Source: the human T2T-CHM13v2.0 reference genome, Homo sapiens
Assembly (NCBI RefSeq): GCF_009914755.1
Contig: NC_060945.1
Length of the DNA stretch: 64,000 nt
Strand: one strand, 5' to 3'
In this document: positions 50,071 through 63,014 of the stretch, one piece after another
Layout of the letters: the number at the start of each line of letters is the position of its first letter
Numbering within the stretch: the stretch's first letter is position 1
Translations under genes and position numbers: made by a program
Notes under the pieces: generated by a model
The model's database searches: none
The model's input: only the letters and a program-made list of their open reading frames with translations
Told to the model about the DNA's origin: nothing

Positions 50071-51019
50071 CAGGGGAAGGGGCTGGCAGCCAGGGAAGAC
50101 GGCTAAGCCAAGATGTGGGCGGGAGGGGAGCAGCGGCAGGGTCCTGGGGCTAGGAGCCTGAGCTACATGCCAGGTGGGACCACCCGTCCCAAAGACTCAC
50201 GGCTGTGAGCCCCTAGCAGCTTACGGTTGCAGTGGGTGATGAGTCCTGGGGAGAGGGATGGGAGTGGAGACCCTAACAGCACCTGCCCCTCCGCATTGGA
50301 CGCTCAGCCAGCAAGATCAATGCAGAACTCACGGAACAGCCAACCACCAATCACCGATCAGCCAACACCCTGGCAGAATTATCTCAGCATCTGGATGTTG
50401 GCACCACAGGGACCTCAGGCTGCAGAGAACAGGCTGGCCTATGAATGGAGACGGTGCCTGAGCTCGTGGCTGCAGAGGACAGGCCAGCCTGCGAGTGGAG
50501 ATGGCACCCGAGCTCGCGGCAATGTTGCGGGGAAGCCAAGACCAACCCCTGCCCGTGCCCGGTTTCCCCGAGGCCCCGTGTCCTCAGAGCGCGTCTCGTG
50601 GTTCCGGGCTCACTGGCTTCTAAGTCTTCTCCTTCTGTCCTTCTGTCTCAGTCTCAGCCTTCACTCTTCCTTCTCTCAGGGAGAAAAATAAACCTCTGTG
50701 GCTGGCATTTGCAAAAGGGAGAGACTCTTCCTGAGGAAATAAAATAGATTTCAGTCAATGAATATGCAAACTTGAGGCAGGCCAACACCCAGGAGTCAGG
50801 GCTGGGAGACATTGGAGCCCAGCAGCCCCCTGGCCCGACGCCCACACAAAGCCCATTTCAGCCAAAGGTATCAGGTTGTTCACTGTGTAAACACACACCA
50901 CACACACACACACACACACGATAAGCAACCATTTTGGGGGGCAAGTACTGAAACTCAAAACTTGTTAGCTTTCAAGACCTGAATTCAGCTGCAAGAGGCT
51001 TATCCTGGCTTTTACATTG

Positions 51020-51117
51020 CAGCATGGTTTTTAATTTTATTTTTTACATTTTTTTAAAATCAGGCAGCCTCCAGAATCACAGAAGATTCAGAGAAACTCC
51101 CAACAGCATGGTATTTT
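51020..51117 (-). mobile_element. Tiny A-tailed retrocopy of an ERV1 LTR (MER57/MER51-like) R-region start, with TSD
   Basis: Body 51058-51101; T-rich tail 51029-51057; flanking repeats CAGCATGGT(A)TTTT at 51020 and 51104. Confidence 0.7.
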
Positions 51118-53559
51118 AAAGCAGGAAACAGGTCTTGGCACTTTTTTGACACCATGGAGTCCTGAGTGGGTGGTGGCCATCACGCTGGGTGCAGACCCGA
51201 GAGCAGAACCTGGGGTCTGCAGAGAACCTGAGCCGGCACCCAGAGTGGCGGGGGAGGCCGTGCCAGGAGAGCCAGCCTTCCATAGAGCTTGGAGAGGCTG
51301 GTGTCACAGGGGAAATGAAAACAGGACTTCAAAGAGGGAGCGGGCAGAAGCCCCTGCAGGGGATTTTCTGGTTCCTAACCTGGAACAGGCACCGGTTCTG
51401 AGGCACACAGCACGCAGCCTCTGCCTTCACCATGTGCTGTCCACACGTCCCGAGCCCCTGGCTGCCCAAAAGAGAGTCACCTGCCCGGCTAAACCCACAC
51501 CCCAACCCTCCCTGTCACTGGCTGCTGCTGGGGGTCCATTCACCTCAACCCCATGCTTAGCAGTGACCACCCTGGGCTCTTGTAATGGATCCTCATGTCA
51601 GCCACTGTGTGAGAACCTTTCCCCGCAGTGTTATCCCAGTCACATGAATCAGGCTCTGAGTGAACGCGTGTATTCCTTGGGTGCCTACTTAGAGCAGAAG
51701 GAAAGCAAAGATGCTCACCGGGTAGCCAGGAGCGCCGCTTCCCTGCCCATGCGCCATGGTGTGTGTGTGAGCTCAGGGCACGCGGGCACACACGTGTCCG
51801 TGGTTCCCACAGGAGGAGCAGGGCCCTCCTGAAACCCAAGAGCCACATCCCCAGGAGCCTCGGGCAGATGAGCGGGAGGTACCTGGGAGCTGGAGACAGG
51901 GCCGCCCCTCGCGAGGATGGGCTTTTCCGCCTCACTTCTGTCTTAGCGGCATTGACACCACGCGCATTCACCTCTCCGTGCCTCGGTTTTCTCACCCATA
52001 AAGTGGGGGCTCGCTCTGCCTGCCCAGTTGCTGTCAGATTGGGCCAGGCCTGTACAAGCCCACATGGGGACCCCTGGGTGACTGCGCTCTCCCACCTCCC
52101 CTCCCACCCTTCCCGCTGCGGGACTCCACACACCAGGCCCACCGTCACCCCCTGCTCTCAGTCTCCAGGCACAGCCAGGTGTGGGCGGTGCATGGCGGGC
52201 CCAGCGGTCAACCGCGGCAAAGGTGGTTCCCAGGTCCCTGTGTAGCGGGGGTCCCGTAGCCCCATTGACTGCAGGTCTTGGCTGGGCCAAGGCCATAGAG
52301 CAGCATGGCCAGCACTCCTGTTCCATCCTCTGCATCTCTGCTTCAATTGCAAACAACAGCCACAGTTCACATCTGGATCTGTGTGGTGCCCTTCAGTTTA
52401 AAACCCCTGCCCAGAGGCCATCTCCTTTGAAACTTCCCAGGCAGGTGTCAAAACGATCCTCCCTCCACATGTCACAGAAATGCAGCAGCAAGAAGCCCGA
52501 GGCCTCCAGGAGGAGCTGCGGGCTGGCCCCACCCACAAGCAGCTGCGGGCTCACAGTCACGGTCCTCTGAGGACAGGCTTGTGCTTCCCACTCCCCGGTG
52601 AGCGGGCACCACGGATGTCAGTGCCGTGACTGGCCTTTGTGCTTTGGATAAACTCCATGTGGAATGGAAGGAAAGATGGGAGCATTCTAGAACCTGAGCA
52701 TTTTGTAGCAAGAGCACTGTTCTCACCGCTGATTTCCAATGTCCAGGGCAGAAAGATGAAGAGATATCGTTTTCCCTTAAATGGGAGTGAAGGACAGAGG
52801 CAGCGCGGTGGCCGGTGATGGACAGACCCGTGTCTGCTGGCAGGACACCCCGGCCGCCTCCGTCTCATGGATAGAGCAAGCAGTTTTCTCTATGACGTGG
52901 CTTCTTTAGGAGGCAGCTCGGCTGCCCAGATCCCTCCTTATTTTTTAGTTCTCAAGCCCTGTAGGGTGTTTTCGGTCGCAGTTGTTTGGGCTGTGGTCCT
53001 GACCCTCCTGAGTTCCAGTGGCTCTGTTCAGGAGAGCTGCCTGGGGCCGGGACTTCTGAAACACACACTGAGCCACAGGCCGGCCCGGCGGCTTGGGTTC
53101 ACCGCCGCCTCTTTGTGTGTGATGTCCTGGGATAGGCCCGTGCACGTTCAGATGACACTGTACATATAAATAACTTGTAGCCGAGAACAGGATGGGGCGG
53201 GGAGGAGGGGAGGGCAGAACGTACCACAGCAGCAGAAGTCACTGTGGATGCCTTCGTAAGTTGCATGGAAGGTTTTTAAACCTAGCCCTGCCGAGCAGCC
53301 CTCTCCTGGTCCGGGAGAACGATGGGGAGAGAGCTGGCGTTCAGCCTTCATCACTGGAGCCGTTCCTTCTTCCGGCCCCCCGAGGGCCTGTCCATGATCA
53401 CACTTTGTCTTGCTTCGGGGGTGGCCCCTGTGACCCCTTAGAGGTGCAAATCCAAGGCAGTAGAAGCCGCCTGCCAGGCCAGTGCCCGCCACTGCTTAAT
53501 TCAGGCGGAATCACGGCTCAGAGGGTTCCCTCCACTTTCCAAGGGAAACATGTCCACGG

Positions 53560-53960
53560 GGTATCTCTTCCTGCGTATTTTCTCACGACCCTTCCTTACA
53601 TCCAAGGCCACGTCTCTCGACACGTTGTCCCCCCTCTGCCGTCACACATGGCGTAATCCGCGCCCCCCCTACCCCCCACATCAGCTGCTCAGCGAGCCGC
53701 ACTCACAGTCACAGGCCCCGCCGGCGGCAACCCCACCTCCTCCCGCCCAGGCAGGAAACGCTCAGCAGCACCATCTGCTTGGCTCCTCAGCCAGCCGCGC
53801 TCCGGGAGCCCTGGGGGCGAGGTGGCCGTGGCGTCCTCCACGTCTGTGTCTCCCCGCACGTCAGCCGCCCCACGCTGTCTCTGGAAGCTTCCGGAGTACC
53901 CAGGCCTTCTGCACTCCACGCACTGCATGTGCGCCTGAGCCGCTGTCTCGATTTTACAAA
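53560..53960. promoter_or_regulatory. Small CpG-rich island, candidate enhancer or promoter
   Basis: Locally dense CpG; GC boxes CCCGCC/CCGCCC; CACGTCA (CRE/E-box hybrid) at ~53857. Confidence 0.45.
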
Positions 53961-54166
53961 ACGGAATCTAGCAGTCCATGCACTCAGGGAGGCGGCTGGC
54001 AGGATTTTCTGGCAAACTAAGGGTGTTCTTTCCTGGCCAAAGGAAAAGTCTTTTGGAAAATGAATAATCTCTTCCTAATTTGCTTGACTAGGAAGATGGG
54101 TTTTTGCACAGTGGGTTTGTTGAAGGGAGGCAGCTCTTGAAATTTTGTTCATAATCCGACATGACA

Positions 54167-54295
54167 AGGGTGACCGTATAATCTACCGACCCATCTGAGC
54201 CCCTTGAGAAGAAAGGAGAAGGTTGTTAATACACGCACTGGGACCACAGGCATCACTGGGCCTGTCCTGGGCAAACTGATTTATGATGGCCGCCG
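54167..54295 (+). mobile_element. MER94 (hAT-Blackjack) MITE
   Basis: AGGGTGACCGTATAAT...TGTCCTGGGCAAACTG...ATGGCCGCC. Confidence 0.7.
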
Positions 54296-57200
54296 TTGAC
54301 CTTCGCTGTGGTCAGCCTAAGTGACCTCAGCGTGCACCTGCCATGATTTCCTGGAATCACTCTCTGGGTTCCAGGCTTCTAGGCCTGTGGTTTTGGGGCT
54401 GGTTTCTCTGAATTCTCAGATCCTGGTCAGAAGTTTGTGGGCAGATTGGTGTCTGATGAATGAGGGCCGCTCATTCAAGAAACCAGCGTAGCAAATGGGA
54501 GGTGGTGCAGGGTCTCTCTGCGAAGCGCTCAAGCCCACTTCCCTGCCCCCACGTGTCCTGATTTTACTTTGAAATTTCCAGTGGATGCAATAGTGCCGAC
54601 CATGTGCACATGGGGTCAGGATCTCAGGCCCGCCAGCTGGACTACAGCAAGTACCCATGGTCTCAGGGAAAAGGTCCCCTGCTGCAGGCTGTGGGGGACC
54701 TCGGCTCTCACAGTGGCTATGCCTGAGAAAGCCCCTCCAGACTCGCCAACCTGGCCCGCGCGTCCTGTCCGGAGGGCAGGGTGGGGCTGGTGCTGGTTAC
54801 AGATGATCCTCAAGGGCACAGCACGCAAGCCACCAGGCGCCCCTCCTGCAGCTGGGTCAGAGAGAGGCACTGGGAGCCTGGCTCCCTCCAGGTCAGTCTC
54901 CACCAGGGCCACCCCGGTGACCTGCAGGAGAGGAAGGCAGACGAGGAGTGGCCCTGCCCCTTAGGGCGCATCGTGCAGGTGGCACAAGGGGGTCATCTGC
55001 ATCCTGGTCAAGGGGGAGCCCACCTGCCTCCTCCAGGTCGGGAACACTCCCTGGAGGCCATGGTGTGGAGCGTCCACCCGGGCTTCGTCCTCCAGCTCAG
55101 CTGCTGGGCCCTGGGAAGGGACAGGCCCAGCACCCGTTCAGCCGGGCTGAGCCGCAGGCAGAGCGCCTTGCCTGGGAGAGACAAACCCACCGCTGAGGAC
55201 ACACCCTCAAGGTTCACCCTTCCCCACTTCTGTGTTGCCCTTAGCTCTAAGGTGCTAATTCCATCTCTAGTTTCAACAGGCTGATTGCTCTTAAGGGAAA
55301 ATGGGGTTGCACAATCCGGCTGTGGTGGCCGGGGCTCTTGGTCTCCCCCCAGTAAGAGGATGGACTTTCCAGCCCTGCTGATGGTCAGCAGGGACCACGT
55401 GGAGGCTTTGGCAGATGAAATGGGGCACATGACATAGCCCTGCCCCAGTGGAAGCCTCAGAGCCATGGCTGGGCTCCACCAGGCTTGCTCCAGCGGCCAT
55501 GAGGACCATGCCCCACAGGCAGGGGCTGCACCTCCACCCTGGTTCCAGAAGGAAGAGGCACAGCCGACATGCCGCTCGAGCAGGAAACCCTGGGGAAGGT
55601 GGGACATGAGATCCTGTGTCTGATACTACAGTGTAACCGGCTAGAAACTGACTCAAAGGGGCATTTTTACAGCAGAAAGAGGCGAAGCACACGTGCATCT
55701 GCCATCCTGTGATTGTCAGGCCCCGTTTAGGAGTGGACAGCTCCATGGTTGTGTTTGAGCCCCACACCGGCCCTGGGGGGTTATACTGCCCTGGAGGACA
55801 GCTGACCTCAGTTCTCCAAGCTTCCATTCCCCCTTGTATGGGCACAGCACCCCAACCTTCTTTTGGCAGCTCCCACGCCCCCCAGTGCTGGTGGGCTCTA
55901 GGGCTCTGGTCCCTGATGCTCAGAGGCACAGAGACAGCATTCCTCAGGGGCCCTGATCCTCTGGCCCGGTTCAGACTGTGGTGGGGCCTCGGGACCTTTC
56001 CAGAACCTTGGAAGTGGGTAGCACCCTTTGCTGGGACAGACATGCCTGGAGCTCCGGGCATTGGGCCACTGCTGGGATAAGCCCACGACAGAATGAAGCC
56101 GGGCAGGCAGAAAGAGCTGCGGGCTCCCTGGCCACTCCTGTTTCCGTAAAGGGCCTGGTGTCTCATTTCCTACTTACCTTGGACTTTAAGGGCCTCCTGC
56201 AGCCTTTGTCACACACTCTTCTTATTTTTTTGTCCATTACAACCTTTTACGGCGGCACAAGCCATTGTTCTCAGGGCCAACGCGTGAGTCCTGTGGTGAG
56301 TTTCCTATTAGTGTGGCTCGAGAAGGTACCCCGTGCTGACGAAGCCTGGAGAGGCAGGGCCACACTGCAGAGCCTCAGGCCAAGGGTGGCGGTGCTGGGG
56401 TCTCATGAGCCCAGGGTTCACTGCCCACCAGGCGGCATTAGCCTGCGGCTTTGGCGCCCAGAAGTCCCGACAGGCAGCAAAGTCTCCTGCTCCTGGCTGC
56501 TGGCCAGGAGAGCCCAGCTGGGCCTCACCTGATCGAGAGGAAACGCCTGTGTCCTCTAATCAGCATCTCACTGACAGAGTCACCCCTGGTACAGCAAGTG
56601 GGCTTTCAAGGACATCAGGTGGCTGCATTCAGGCTGGTAACAACACCGCCCTCAGCTCTCACAGTCTGAGGAAGCCCCCTGAAAAGTCACTGGAGTGGGG
56701 CTGCAGGAACCCCACAAAGGCCTTTCCTGCTCCTGAATAATTCCCAAGCACCTAGGACTTCCCGGGCCTGGCTTCTCCGCCAGTCCAACCTCCGGACCTG
56801 AAGACCAAGCAGTGCCCAAGTGTGAGGTCCCTGGAGAAGGAGGAGGAAGAGTGGAAGGAGGTGGAGGGTAATGCATCCAGAGGAAGACGCTGAGGGTCAG
56901 GCTGGCCCTGGGTCTGACCTGTCCTTGGGGTGAGCAGGCTACTGCACTGTGGGAGTGGGGGGGCCCCTAGGCAATTGGCCAAGAGGTAACTGATGCAGAG
57001 AGAGGAATGCTGAGGCCACGGCCATTCTGGGCCTTCATGGCCATAGCTCGTGAGCACCCATGGGTGCCAGCACTGAGGCCAGCTGGGCTCCAGCATTGGG
57101 AAGCTCAAGGAAGACCAGTCACGTTTCCCCTGAGTAAGATGCTGCCCTGGGGCTTGTGGGGCCACAGACAGACACCAACCCTGGCGCTCTTAGGGTCAGG

Positions 57201-57364
57201 AGGGGTGGCCCAGGGTAGCACAGCGTGGAGAGACCACGCGGAGGTGATGTCCTCACAGACCCCGCCCCACTCCCCCAGGGGCCATCCCACAGAGCCTTGC
57301 CTTTGTTTTTTGTTTTTTCTATTCCTGGCTTTTTTCATTTGCTTTCAGATCAACTGCTTCATTA

Positions 57365-57722
57365 AAAAACATCCGCCTAAACTGTGGAGACAGAGGAAGG
57401 ATCAGTGCTTGCCAAGGGCTGGGGGAGGAGGAACAGGCAGAGCGCAGAGGGTTTCAGGGCAGTGCCGCTCTGCGTGACGCCATCACGGAGGGTCCAGGTC
57501 ATCACACGTCTCTCCAAACCCCTAGAATGCCCAACACTCACTCTGAAGCCTTCTGTCAATGTGGGATCATCTGTCGTAAAGTCTGCACCGCTGTGGTGGG
57601 GGCGTGGATAGTGGGGGAGGCTGTGCGTGTGTGGGGGCAGGGAGTGTATGGGAAATCTCTGTACCTTCCGCTCAATTTGGCTGCGAACCTAAACTGCTCT
57701 AAAAAAAGTCTATTTTTAAAAA
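57365..57722 (+). mobile_element. L1MC1-like 3' end
   Basis: GGGGAGGCTGTGCGTGTGTGGGGGCAGGGAGTGTATGGGAAATCTCTGTACCTTCCGCTCAATTT...GAACCTAAACTGCTCTAAAA. Confidence 0.88.
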
Positions 57723-58318
57723 GCATATGCCCGAAAAGTCCTTGAAAATGCATCTTTCCCTAAATATTCAAATTTATGTTCATTAATAAAATAGCACATA
57801 TTTATTCTAATTTTTAAATCTTCACAAATATCAGTGATTGCATGATTTGTTCTCAAAAACACTTTTCCAAACTACATCTAGAAGCCACATTTCTGTGGTC
57901 GGCTCGCCAGTGGTGGGCACGCGTCAGGTCGGATGGGTAGGGCCTGGGGTGACCCTGGCTTTCTGCCCTCTGAGCACGACATGGAGGCTGGACTTGTGCC
58001 TCTGCAGCCCCTCGAAGCACTGCCACCATCCTGCCGAGGGCCCAAAGCCTTGTCTCCACCTGCGCGCCTTGAGTGTCCTCGCTGGGAAATGGGCACAGCA
58101 GGGCAGCGAAGGTGCTGGTGCTGACGTTCCATGACTGTGAGAGCCGGGAGGCACCCCATGCGGAGACCAGGCACAGATCCCCAGATCACTGAAGGGACGA
58201 TCCCCCAACAGGCAGAACCAGGGTACGGCCCGGGGTTCTGACTCCTGGGGATTCAGGGCCCTGGGCCTGGTGCCAGCTGGGCACGTTTCTCAGCCCATCA
58301 GAGGACACAAAGGGCAAA

Positions 58319-58790
58319 TGGAGCAGGTTGAATTGTGTCCCCAAAATGATCTGTCGAAGCCTGCACCCCACAACCATGAATGCAACCTTCTCTGGAAGTG
58401 GAGTCACTGCAGGTGTATTAAGATGTCAGTTAGGATGAGGTCACCCTGGAGAGAGGTGGGCCCTGATTCGGTGCGACTGGTGCCTGGTAAGCGGAGGAAA
58501 GACGCAGAGATGCGCAGAGGGAAGCTGCGTGAAGGCCCAGGAAGGAAGGCCTGAGAAGCTGGAGGCAGAGGCTAGAGCGATGCCTCTGCAAGCCAGAGAT
58601 GCCAAGGGCTGCTGGCAACAGAGAAGCCAGAAGAGGCAAGGAACAGATTCCTCCCTGCAGGGAGCACGGCTCGACACGCCGCACCTTGATCGCAGGCGTC
58701 TGGCCTCCAGCCGGAGCCGGGACACGTTTCTGCTGTTGTAAATGACCCCATTTGTGGCCGTCTGTTGCAGCAGCTGTGGGGAACTGGCAC
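58319..58790 (+). mobile_element. MLT1C-like solo LTR
   Basis: GGTTGAATTGTGTCCCCAAAA...TTAGGATGAGGTCA...GAAGAGGCAAGGAACAGATTC...CTGGCCTCCAG. Confidence 0.85.
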
Positions 58791-59249
58791 CGATCTCAGG
58801 GCCGGAAGCACAGCTGGGCACGGCTCTCCCCAGCTCTCTCGGTCACTGTCCCCTGTCACAAACCCCGTGCAAAACAGCCTGAGGGGGTTCCTTGCTGCCC
58901 TCCAGGGCTGTGTCTGAGTGCTGAGCCAGCCCCTGGAGGCCAGGGCCTCAGAGCACAGGGGAGCCACAGGAAGGGGTGTCTCCACCCGGAATTGGAGCAG
59001 GAGGGCCAAGGCCTTCCAGGCTGAGGAAGGGAACAGGATCAGGGCCTCCTCCTCTCAAGGTGGCCCCTGCCAGCGGCCCCTGGAGCTGCAAGGCTACAGG
59101 GACCTGGCCCCAGGTGGGGCTCCTGTCACCCCCCTGCACGGAACTCACTCTCACCCCCAGCCTTTCCTACCCCTCACACCACCACCCTGCATCCCACCCC
59201 AAACTGGGTAACCCCCCAGCAATCCCCCAGGGACACAGAGAGGAGTACC

Positions 59250-59387
59250 TGGGGGATGACTGGGAGGAGTGCTGGGGAGAGGAGTGCTGGAGGATGACTG
59301 GGGGAGGAACAGGGAGAGGAGTGTCTAGGGGATGACTGGGAGGAGAGCCGAGGAGAGGAGTGCATGGGGGATGACTGGGGGGAGGTT
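59250..59387. repeat. Degenerate G-rich repeat (GGATGACTGGG x4)
   Basis: Seen directly. Confidence 0.7.
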
Positions 59388-59837
59388 GGCCAGGAGCACC
59401 TCAGTGGCCGCTCAGAAGTGCTCAGCTTCACTGGTGCTTGAGCACTTCCAGTGTGCCCAGAATGAGGAGCACATTTACGAAGGCAGCAATAGAGATGGTG
59501 GCAGCCTTCATCAGAGAGATGGGGTCCTGCCCAGGCCTCATAAGGAGGTGCGTGCTGGCAGTGACAACGGGGACAAGAGGGGCAGAGATGAGACACTGGG
59601 ATGCAAGGATTGCATTTGAGCCCGATGAAGAAGGAACTGTTGAGAGTATCCCACAGTTACAGACCCAGAGTGGGGGCATCCCCATGGCTCAGGGAACCCC
59701 AGCTTCAGAGACACACACAGCGTGCAAGCCACATGAGCAGGCCGGGATACCCCTCCACCACGTGAGCCCAGCAGTCACCAGGGCATTTTGGAAACAGCGT
59801 GGTCTTGGTCCCGAGCTGCAGATACACAAGATGTTCC

Positions 59838-59930
59838 CAGGGGAAAACTGAGTGAAAGGTACATGGAATCTCTAGATTTTTTTTTTTGCAACCTCCTGTG
59901 AATATGTAATTGTTTTAAAATAAAAAGTTA
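59838..59930 (+). mobile_element. Old L1 (MC/MD) extreme 3' end
   Basis: TTTTTGCAACCTCCTGTGAATATGTAATTGTTTTAAAATAAAAAGTT. Confidence 0.7.
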
Positions 59931-59957
59931 ATCAGACCAGTATGGTCAGTGGTGTGA

Positions 59958-60288
59958 CCATGTGTGTGTATGCATGTGTATGTGTGTGCGTGCATGTGTG
60001 TGTGTCCGTGAGTGCATGTGTGTGATGTGTCTGTGCATGCGTGTGTGCATGTGTGTGCATGCATGTGTGTGATGTGTCTACATGTGTGAGAATGTGTGTG
60101 CATGTGTGTGATATGTGTGCACGTGCGCATGTGTGTGCATTGTGTGATGTCTGCATGTGTGTGCATGTGTGTGATGTGTCTGCATGTGTGTGATGTGTCT
60201 GTGCATGCATGTGTGCATGTGTGTGATGTGTCTGCCTGTGTGTGCATGCATGTGTGTGCGTGTGTGCATGTGTGTGTGCATGTGTGTG
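59958..60288. repeat. Degenerate (TG)/(CATGTG)n tract
   Basis: Seen directly. Confidence 0.9.
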
Positions 60289-62140
60289 GGCTGATGGCAG
60301 AATTTCAGGAGCATGGCTAATCTGACCCATTTCAATCAAGTCCATAAAAAAAAAAATGATTCTGGAAAGACACCTCTATGGCAAACCACGAAAAGACTTG
60401 GTGACAGAACCACTCAGCCATGACACCAGGCTCATCCCAAGGACAGTGGTGACCCGTTTCCATTTGTGCCACTTGATGTGGATGGAGGCAGCACAGCGAG
60501 ACAAGGGCTAGACACACACGCATGTGAGGGACGGGATGAGTCATCGGCACACGTCCCTGTTACCGTCACTGTCAGCCCAGAGCTGGAGCCCTGTGAGGCA
60601 AGATGAGGGGCAGATGAGAGCTGAGAGCAGAAGGAAAGAACCGGACGCCCTGGCAGAAAACACAGACCTGGGCGGGAGGGCAGGGGGAGCGCAGGGGAGA
60701 GGCAGGGGCTGCAGGGTCGAGGCGTGGAGGAGGCTGTCAGGAAAGGCTGCTGTACTTTCTTGAATGCAGCCCCGCTGGCCAAGACACAGGAAAAGACAGG
60801 GTTTTATTTTAAAATGCTCTGTGTCAGCTGGAATGGGGGTCTTGGATGAAACCTGCGGGGACTGGACCTCACAGGGCAGCCAGCAGTCGGTGTCACAGCA
60901 GCTCCACAACTGTTGGGATACCAGGTTTTCTTGGTGGGCAAAGTTTACTTTTCGCTCCATCTCTCAGAGCACGAGCCCCTCTGACAGGGCAGACACCGAT
61001 GATCTCAGCACAGCCTTGGCACTGCTTGGCACAGCTGCGTGGGGATCGTGCGTGAAACTGCGACTTGACTTTTTCCAAAGCCCCAGGATTCCCCTTGCGT
61101 GGGAGCCTGGTGCTGTGCCGGTGGTCACCAGCCTCACTGCCCGCCCACTCCCCACCCTGTGGCCTCTCAGTGTCCCCTCCAGCACACAGGACCCGGCTCA
61201 GTTGCTCAGAGAGAGATTTTTCCAGCAAGGCGTTTGCAGGCGGCCTGGCCGTGCTTCTGACCCACCGGCAGGTTTCTGAAGAGCCGCTGCAGGCTCTTTC
61301 TTGCAGGACATGAAGCCATAATTAGTTTTTCCTTCCTTGCCAAATTGGGAGCCTGCGGGTCTGGTAGCACTGAGGAAAATACAGCTCAGCGTATGGCTGA
61401 AGAGTGAGCCCAGGGCACACGTGTGTGCACGTGCGTGAGAAAGAGAGAGGAGACTGAGAGGCAGGGAGCCTCTTCTCTGTGGATCTCACCTGTCTGTCCA
61501 CGCCGCACGCCCCCCGGCAGCACCACTTTCAACACCACTTTTCAGAGCTAAAAGAGTCATCTGTTTTGCTTCAGCAAAAGAAACGTCAGCCTAGAAGCTT
61601 TAAGCATATTCCCACAATGGGCTTTAATTATCAGAGAAGGTTGGCAATACGTTTGCATTTTAATTAAGATTAATGAATCATGCATGATTCATCAGGCCGT
61701 TCCCCTCCGTTGGCGGAGCAGTGATGAGAAGGCCACCATGTCGCTGAGGGGCCATCTGCAGGGACGGTGTGTCAGATCCGAGAACCCCACTCAGTGGTCC
61801 CTCCCCTGGGGCCCCAGCGGCAATCTGTCCTCATACACGCTGCAGCCACGCCTCAGCCATGTGACCTGGGGGTTTCTGCTTCTCCAGAAAGGGCGTACTG
61901 GGTGCAACTACACACACACTTACCCTGTAGGTGCCAATAAACGCAACGTTAAACAACAAGTCTATGGGTAAGTAAGTTTGAGAAATGCCAGTTTACATGA
62001 AGGTGAGCAGAGTTGTGTGTGTTTCCCTGCAGGACTCCTCAGGCCTTTAATACGCACATGTGCGCTGTGAACCCCCAGATTCATTTGCACACAGAAGCTA
62101 TCCTTCCAGAAATCACCTTTGGGATTAGTACAGTATTCCC

Positions 62141-63014
62141 TGTAAACCAAAAATAGAATTCTAAGCCCCCCAACTGCCTGAATGGCTCCCCTACTCTTGG
62201 CCAAGGGGATCCCAAAGGAACCTGATAAACGAGTTCAGGCCAGGATGGGAAGAGGTAGGGTTGGACATGCCTCATAATACTCTCCTCCCTCTCTGGAGTT
62301 TAGGCACAGCTGACCAGCATTAACATGAAAACAGAGATCATAAGACTGGCAGAAAAGACTCTTTGTAGCAATAAGACACCAAATTCCACCCTGACTCTAG
62401 TATAGCATCACATGACTGATAGCAGGCCTGGAAAAAAATAAAAGTACTTTACCCCAAAATATATTTCTCTGACATATTTTGAAATGGCCCTGCAAAGCTG
62501 TCTCTTAAGGGGGAAATTTGCATTCTGTAGAGAATTCCCTGCCCTTAATAGGTCTTTTACAGAGAGTCTGACACATTTTAAGGTCCCATAAGAGACATTT
62601 GCCATCTAGTCTCTCTGAAGCCTGCTATCTGGAGGCTTCATCTACATAACAAAAACCTTGGCTTCCACGATCCCCTTGTCTTAACTCAAGCATCTCTTTC
62701 TGCTGACCTCAAACTTTTTAGGCAAAGCTCAGCTCTTTCAACCAATTGCCAATCAGGAAATCTTTGAATCCACCTATAACCTGGAAGCCTCTCACTTTCT
62801 GGGTCACACCAATGTATACCTTACATGTATTGATTGATATCTTTGCCTGCAACTTCTGTACCCTAAAATGTATGAAAGCAAAGCTGCACCCCAACCACCT
62901 TGGACACATGTTCTCAGGACCTCTTGAGACTGTGTCACAGGCCATGGCCCTTAACCATAGCAAAATAAGCCTCTACATTGATTGAGACCTGTCTCTGATA
63001 TTTTTTGGGTTACA
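62141..63014 (+). mobile_element. MER4D-like (ERV1) full-length solo LTR
   Basis: TGTAAACCAAAAATAGAATTCTAAGCCCCCCAAC start; ACCCCAAAATATATTTC; CCACCTTGGACACATGTTCTCAGGACC; ends GGTTACA. Confidence 0.9.

Noticed and set aside
53766-53783. CTCF-like motif
   Set aside because: Mismatch at a core position; no convincing full CTCF site found by eye
55291-56166. 291-aa ORF and other 150-230-aa ORFs
   Set aside because: No recognisable domains; composition typical of chance ORFs in GC-rich DNA
55000-62000. lncRNA LINC01679, expected around here by recalled synteny
   Set aside because: Cannot locate its exons or ends from sequence alone
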